A DNA stretch of 53,495 nucleotides from an uncultured Bacteroidia bacterium (GTDB lineage: Bacteria; Bacteroidota; Bacteroidia; Bacteroidales; CAJPTX01), in assembly GCA_938040915.1 (NCBI GenBank), contig CALHZE010000233.1:1-53495 (forward strand). The letters are read 5' to 3'. This document shows, piece by piece, positions 50,678-53,495 of the stretch (its first letter is position 1; each line of letters opens with the position of its first letter). A program made the translations under genes and the position numbers. The notes under the pieces are model-generated. The model did not search any database. It was given only the letters and a program-made list of their open reading frames with translations, and was not told where the DNA came from.

Positions 50678-53495
50678 ATGAGAAAACGGAATTTACACAG
50701 ACTCCTGCTCTTTTGCACTCTAGCTCTCTTGTTCTCGCTCTGGATGGCTTCGGCGATGGCAGCGCAATACGAACTGTATATTGCCGGAGAGCCGGTGACA
50801 GATGAAAATTGCAAAGACCTGAGCAAGCTTGGTAACTTTGAGTTTATAGATATTACCGAAGGAGGCGAATTTAGCTACAACCCTAAGGAAAATATCCTAA
50901 AGATGAGGGGGGTGAACTTAGGGACAAAAAACTTCAATGCTATAGAAAATGGTATAGAAGGCTTGACCATCGATATCTCTGGAGAAAATGGTATGCTTGG
51001 AGGAAAATCTGCCTTCTTAGGAATTAGCGTAAACACAATAATCAAAGGGGACGGTATGCTCAATTTGCAGAGCTTTCCACCCTCTGCGATACTTATTGGA
51101 GCTAACTCGACCTTGACCATCGATCGCGTAACCATGAATTTAGAAGCAAGGCTGAGCGCTGCCATTTCTGGGCAAAACGGGACGTCTGGTGAAAAACTTG
51201 TTATCAGGAAGGCAAAGGTCAATGCTAGGGGAAAGGATGCAGCTATTGCCAACCTATCTCATTTGGAACTAGATCATTGCCAGATCCTAGAGCCTGTTAA
51301 GGGTAGGTTTCATCGCAACAAGCACGGCATCGTGGGGGAGGATGAAAATCTTGTAAATGAGGTGCATATAGCTCCAGGCGATTACCCCCTCACTATTGCC
51401 GGTGTGAGGGTGACCGATCTCAACCGCGACGACCTGATGAGTGCTATCCCTGGGGTGAATGTCGCTCCGGACGGAATATTCGAATTTGGGAAAGTAGGGA
51501 ATGCCTGTCTCTTGATCATGAAGGGGGTAGAACTCGCCTACGATGGTGGTAATGTCATTGTCTGTGACGGAGCAACCCCCATCGCTATTACCAACTTGGG
51601 TAAGAATAAGATTACTGCCTCAAAAGGTAGTGTGTTGGTCGCAAACGCCGTGTTTGTAGAAGGGTCGGGCGAGCTGGAGCTAGAAGGAGGAAAAGACTCT
51701 CCATGCATAGAAACCGATAGCTTTGGAATAGAGGGGGTTACCCTTACGGTCAACGGCAAATGGGGGATCGTAGGGAAGGATGCCCAAAGTGCGCAATTTG
51801 CCATCCAAAATGCTACCGCCTATATCCATGGGTCTGAGTTTGCTATTGGAAAGTGTAACCAATTTGCTTGGGTCGGAGGCGAGCTTGTAAAACCCGCAGG
51901 CGGTAATTTTGATACAGATAAACATGCCTTAGTAGCGAGCGATGGGAGCTTGGCAAAGGAGGTAGAGATTAAGGCTACGGAGTATAATCTGACCATTGCA
52001 AACGAGACAGTGACAAAGGAAAATTGTGCAGACCTGAGTCAAATTGCTCCAGGAGTTGTGGAGGTCGCCCCCAACGGCGTCTTGAAATACGACCACGACA
52101 CGAAAACCCTGACCATGAAAGATGTGAAGATCACAATGCCTGCGCAGCCGTTACTCCTTAGCAAAATAGACGGGCTTACGATCAACCTCTCTGGTGTCAA
52201 TACGCTGCAGGCAACTGGCGGCAGTGGACTTGCTTTTTTGGCTAGCACTTCGATCGAAGGCGATGGGACGCTTTCTGTGGAGAGCTTGCGTTCTGGAGTA
52301 GAGCTGAGTCGCTATAGCACACTGACTCTCTCTGGGATTACATTCAAAACCACAGGAGAGATCGGGATTGATGCTGAGCCGCATCTTGTAACGGCAAAAC
52401 TGGTGATTCGCAACGCTAAGGTGCAGATTAAGGGGACTCGGGGGGCAATAGCGAACTTGGCACAATTGGAGTACGACGGTCAGATCGTAAAGCCTGAGGG
52501 CGGCAAGTTTGACGAAAAAGAACACAGCATTGTGGACAAAGACGGCGCATTAGCCACGGAGGTCGAGATTGCCCCCGTGAAGGTCACAGGAGTAACCCTC
52601 GATCAGTCCACCCTCGCGCTCACCGTGGGCGGCGAAGCGAAGACCCTCACGGCAACCGTATCGCCCGACAATGCCACCAACAAGGCGGTAACGTGGACAA
52701 GCGATAAGCCCGCAGTAGCAACGGTAGCAGATGGTAAGGTCACACCCGTGGGCGCAGGCACGGCGACCATTACGGTAACGACCGTGGATGAGGGCAAGAC
52801 GGCAACGTGCACGGTGACGGTAACGGAAAATGCTGGTAGCGTAGCGGTCACAGGAGTAACCCTCGACCAGACCACCCTTGCGCTCACCGTGGGCGGCGAA
52901 GCGAAGACCCTCACGGCAACCGTATCGCCCGACAATGCCACCAACAAGGCGGTAACATGGACAAGCGATAAGCCCGCGGTAGCGACGGTAGCAGATGGCA
53001 AGGTCACACCCGTGGGCGCAGGCACGGCGACCATTACGGTAACGACCGTGGATGAGGGCAAGACGGCAACGTGCACGGTGACGGTAACGGAAAATGCTGG
53101 TAGCGTAGCGGTCACAGGAGTAACCCTCGACCAGACCACCCTTGCGCTCACCGTGGGCGGCGAAGCGAAGACCCTCACGGCAACCGTATCGCCCGACAAT
53201 GCCACCAACAAGGCGGTAACGTGGACAAGCGATAAGCCCGCAGTAGCAACGGTAGCAGATGGTAAGGTAGCACCCGTGGGCGCAGGCACGGCGACCATTA
53301 CGGTAACGACCGTGGATGGCAGCAAGACGGCGACGTGCACGGTGACGGTAACGGAAAATGCGGGTACTATAGTGGTCACAGGAGTAACCCTCGCCCCAAC
53401 CACCCTTGCGCTTACTGTGGGCGGCGAAGCGAAGACCCTCACGGCAACCGTATCGCCCGACAACGCCACCAACAAGTCGGTAACATGGACAAGCG
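50678..53495 (+). CDS. Large secreted/cell-surface protein: signal peptide, three ~200-aa homologous modules, then at least 3.5 Big_2 (bacterial Ig-like) domains; the 3' end lies beyond the window
   Basis: Edge-truncated ORF missing from the track. Hand translation from ATG 50678: MRKRNLHRLLLFCTLALLFSLWMASAMAAQ / YELYIAGEPVTDENCKDL.. / YPLTIAGVRVTDLNRDDL.. / YNLTIANETVTKENCADL.. / then repeated VTGVTLDQ(S/T)TLALTVGGEAKTLTATVSPDNATNKAVTWTSDKPAVATVADGKVTPVGAGTATITVTTVDEGKTATCTVTV. No stop codon up to nt 53495. Confidence 0.8.
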   Translation, partial: MRKRNLHRLLLFCTLALLFSLWMASAMAAQYELYIAGEPVTDENCKDLSKLGNFEFIDITEGGEFSYNPKENILKMRGVNLGTKNFNAIENGIEGLTIDISGENGMLGGKSAFLGISVNTIIKGDGMLNLQSFPPSAILIGANSTLTIDRVTMNLEARLSAAISGQNGTSGEKLVIRKAKVNARGKDAAIANLSHLELDHCQILEPVKGRFHRNKHGIVGEDENLVNEVHIAPGDYPLTIAGVRVTDLNRDDLMSAIPGVNVAPDGIFEFGKVGNACLLIMKGVELAYDGGNVIVCDGATPIAITNLGKNKITASKGSVLVANAVFVEGSGELELEGGKDSPCIETDSFGIEGVTLTVNGKWGIVGKDAQSAQFAIQNATAYIHGSEFAIGKCNQFAWVGGELVKPAGGNFDTDKHALVASDGSLAKEVEIKATEYNLTIANETVTKENCADLSQIAPGVVEVAPNGVLKYDHDTKTLTMKDVKITMPAQPLLLSKIDGLTINLSGVNTLQATGGSGLAFLASTSIEGDGTLSVESLRSGVELSRYSTLTLSGITFKTTGEIGIDAEPHLVTAKLVIRNAKVQIKGTRGAIANLAQLEYDGQIVKPEGGKFDEKEHSIVDKDGALATEVEIAPVKVTGVTLDQSTLALTVGGEAKTLTATVSPDNATNKAVTWTSDKPAVATVADGKVTPVGAGTATITVTTVDEGKTATCTVTVTENAGSVAVTGVTLDQTTLALTVGGEAKTLTATVSPDNATNKAVTWTSDKPAVATVADGKVTPVGAGTATITVTTVDEGKTATCTVTVTENAGSVAVTGVTLDQTTLALTVGGEAKTLTATVSPDNATNKAVTWTSDKPAVATVADGKVAPVGAGTATITVTTVDGSKTATCTVTVTENAGTIVVTGVTLAPTTLALTVGGEAKTLTATVSPDNATNKSVTWTS
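52583..53495 (+). repeat. Near-identical 264-bp (88-codon) tandem repeats encoding Big_2 domains; about 3.5 copies in the window, and the array continues off the end
   Basis: Repeat starts (GTCACAGGAGTAACCCTCG) lie at 52583, 52847, 53111 and 53375, exactly 264 bp apart. Copies differ at only a handful of positions. Confidence 0.95.

Noticed and set aside
52603-53475. A 290-aa minus-strand ORF (V/T/A-rich) and other long antisense ORFs: 3580..4458, 5838..6746, 14330..15217, 21324..22031, 44030..44542, 45191..45835.
   Set aside because: Each lies opposite a gene with clear family motifs (Big_2, OmpA, cyclase, cyclophilin, activase). These are low-complexity or motif-free shadow ORFs in GC-rich coding DNA.

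Overview
The window is 53.5 kb of chromosomal DNA that reads as Bacteroidota, probably Bacteroidales/Porphyromonadaceae-like. Support for this: many genes are preceded by the phylum-typical TAnnTTTG -7 box, and PD40/OmpA, patatin-Omp85, SPOR and Big_2 protein families are present. All calls come from reading the sequence and ORF track by hand; no searches were run.

Most of the window is housekeeping:
- aroD-aroE-aroA.
- A three-gene envelope operon (lipoprotein, beta-barrel, PD40/OmpA).
- ppiD.
- A TerB / membrane protein / USP-like trio, followed upstream by a membrane-anchored class III cyclase fused to an HD domain.
- mnmA, an S41 protease, fumC, pheS, a cyclophilin, a patatin-Omp85 protein, a flippase, dut, a TPR lipoprotein, an M23 peptidase, an RsbW-like kinase, ybeY, mnmG, uvrC, ruvB and a SPOR protein.
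- An LtaS-like / flippase / ispD-like operon.
- A 1443-aa fused BcrAD/BadFG activase plus dehydratase-like protein.
- arcC and an ornithine carbamoyltransferase.

Both window edges carry accessory genes that the ORF track omits because they run off the window. At the left is the N-terminus of a type IIG restriction-modification enzyme (1-755, minus strand). At the right, next to an AAA+/DUF4143 ATPase, is a surface protein of at least 939 aa. It has three ~200-aa modules and near-identical 264-bp Big_2 tandem repeats (50678 to the window end).

The strongest non-genic signal is a centromere-like cluster of ten ParB-type parS palindromes (TGTTCCACGTGGAACA; one copy is identical to the B. subtilis parS) within 2.6 kb around uvrC, directly behind mnmG (gidA). 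One copy lies in the last codons of mnmG, one lies inside uvrC, and four form an 81-82-bp tandem array between uvrC and ruvB.

A second signal is a ~210-bp non-coding repeat present twice in inverted orientation (19.9 kb and 41.9 kb).
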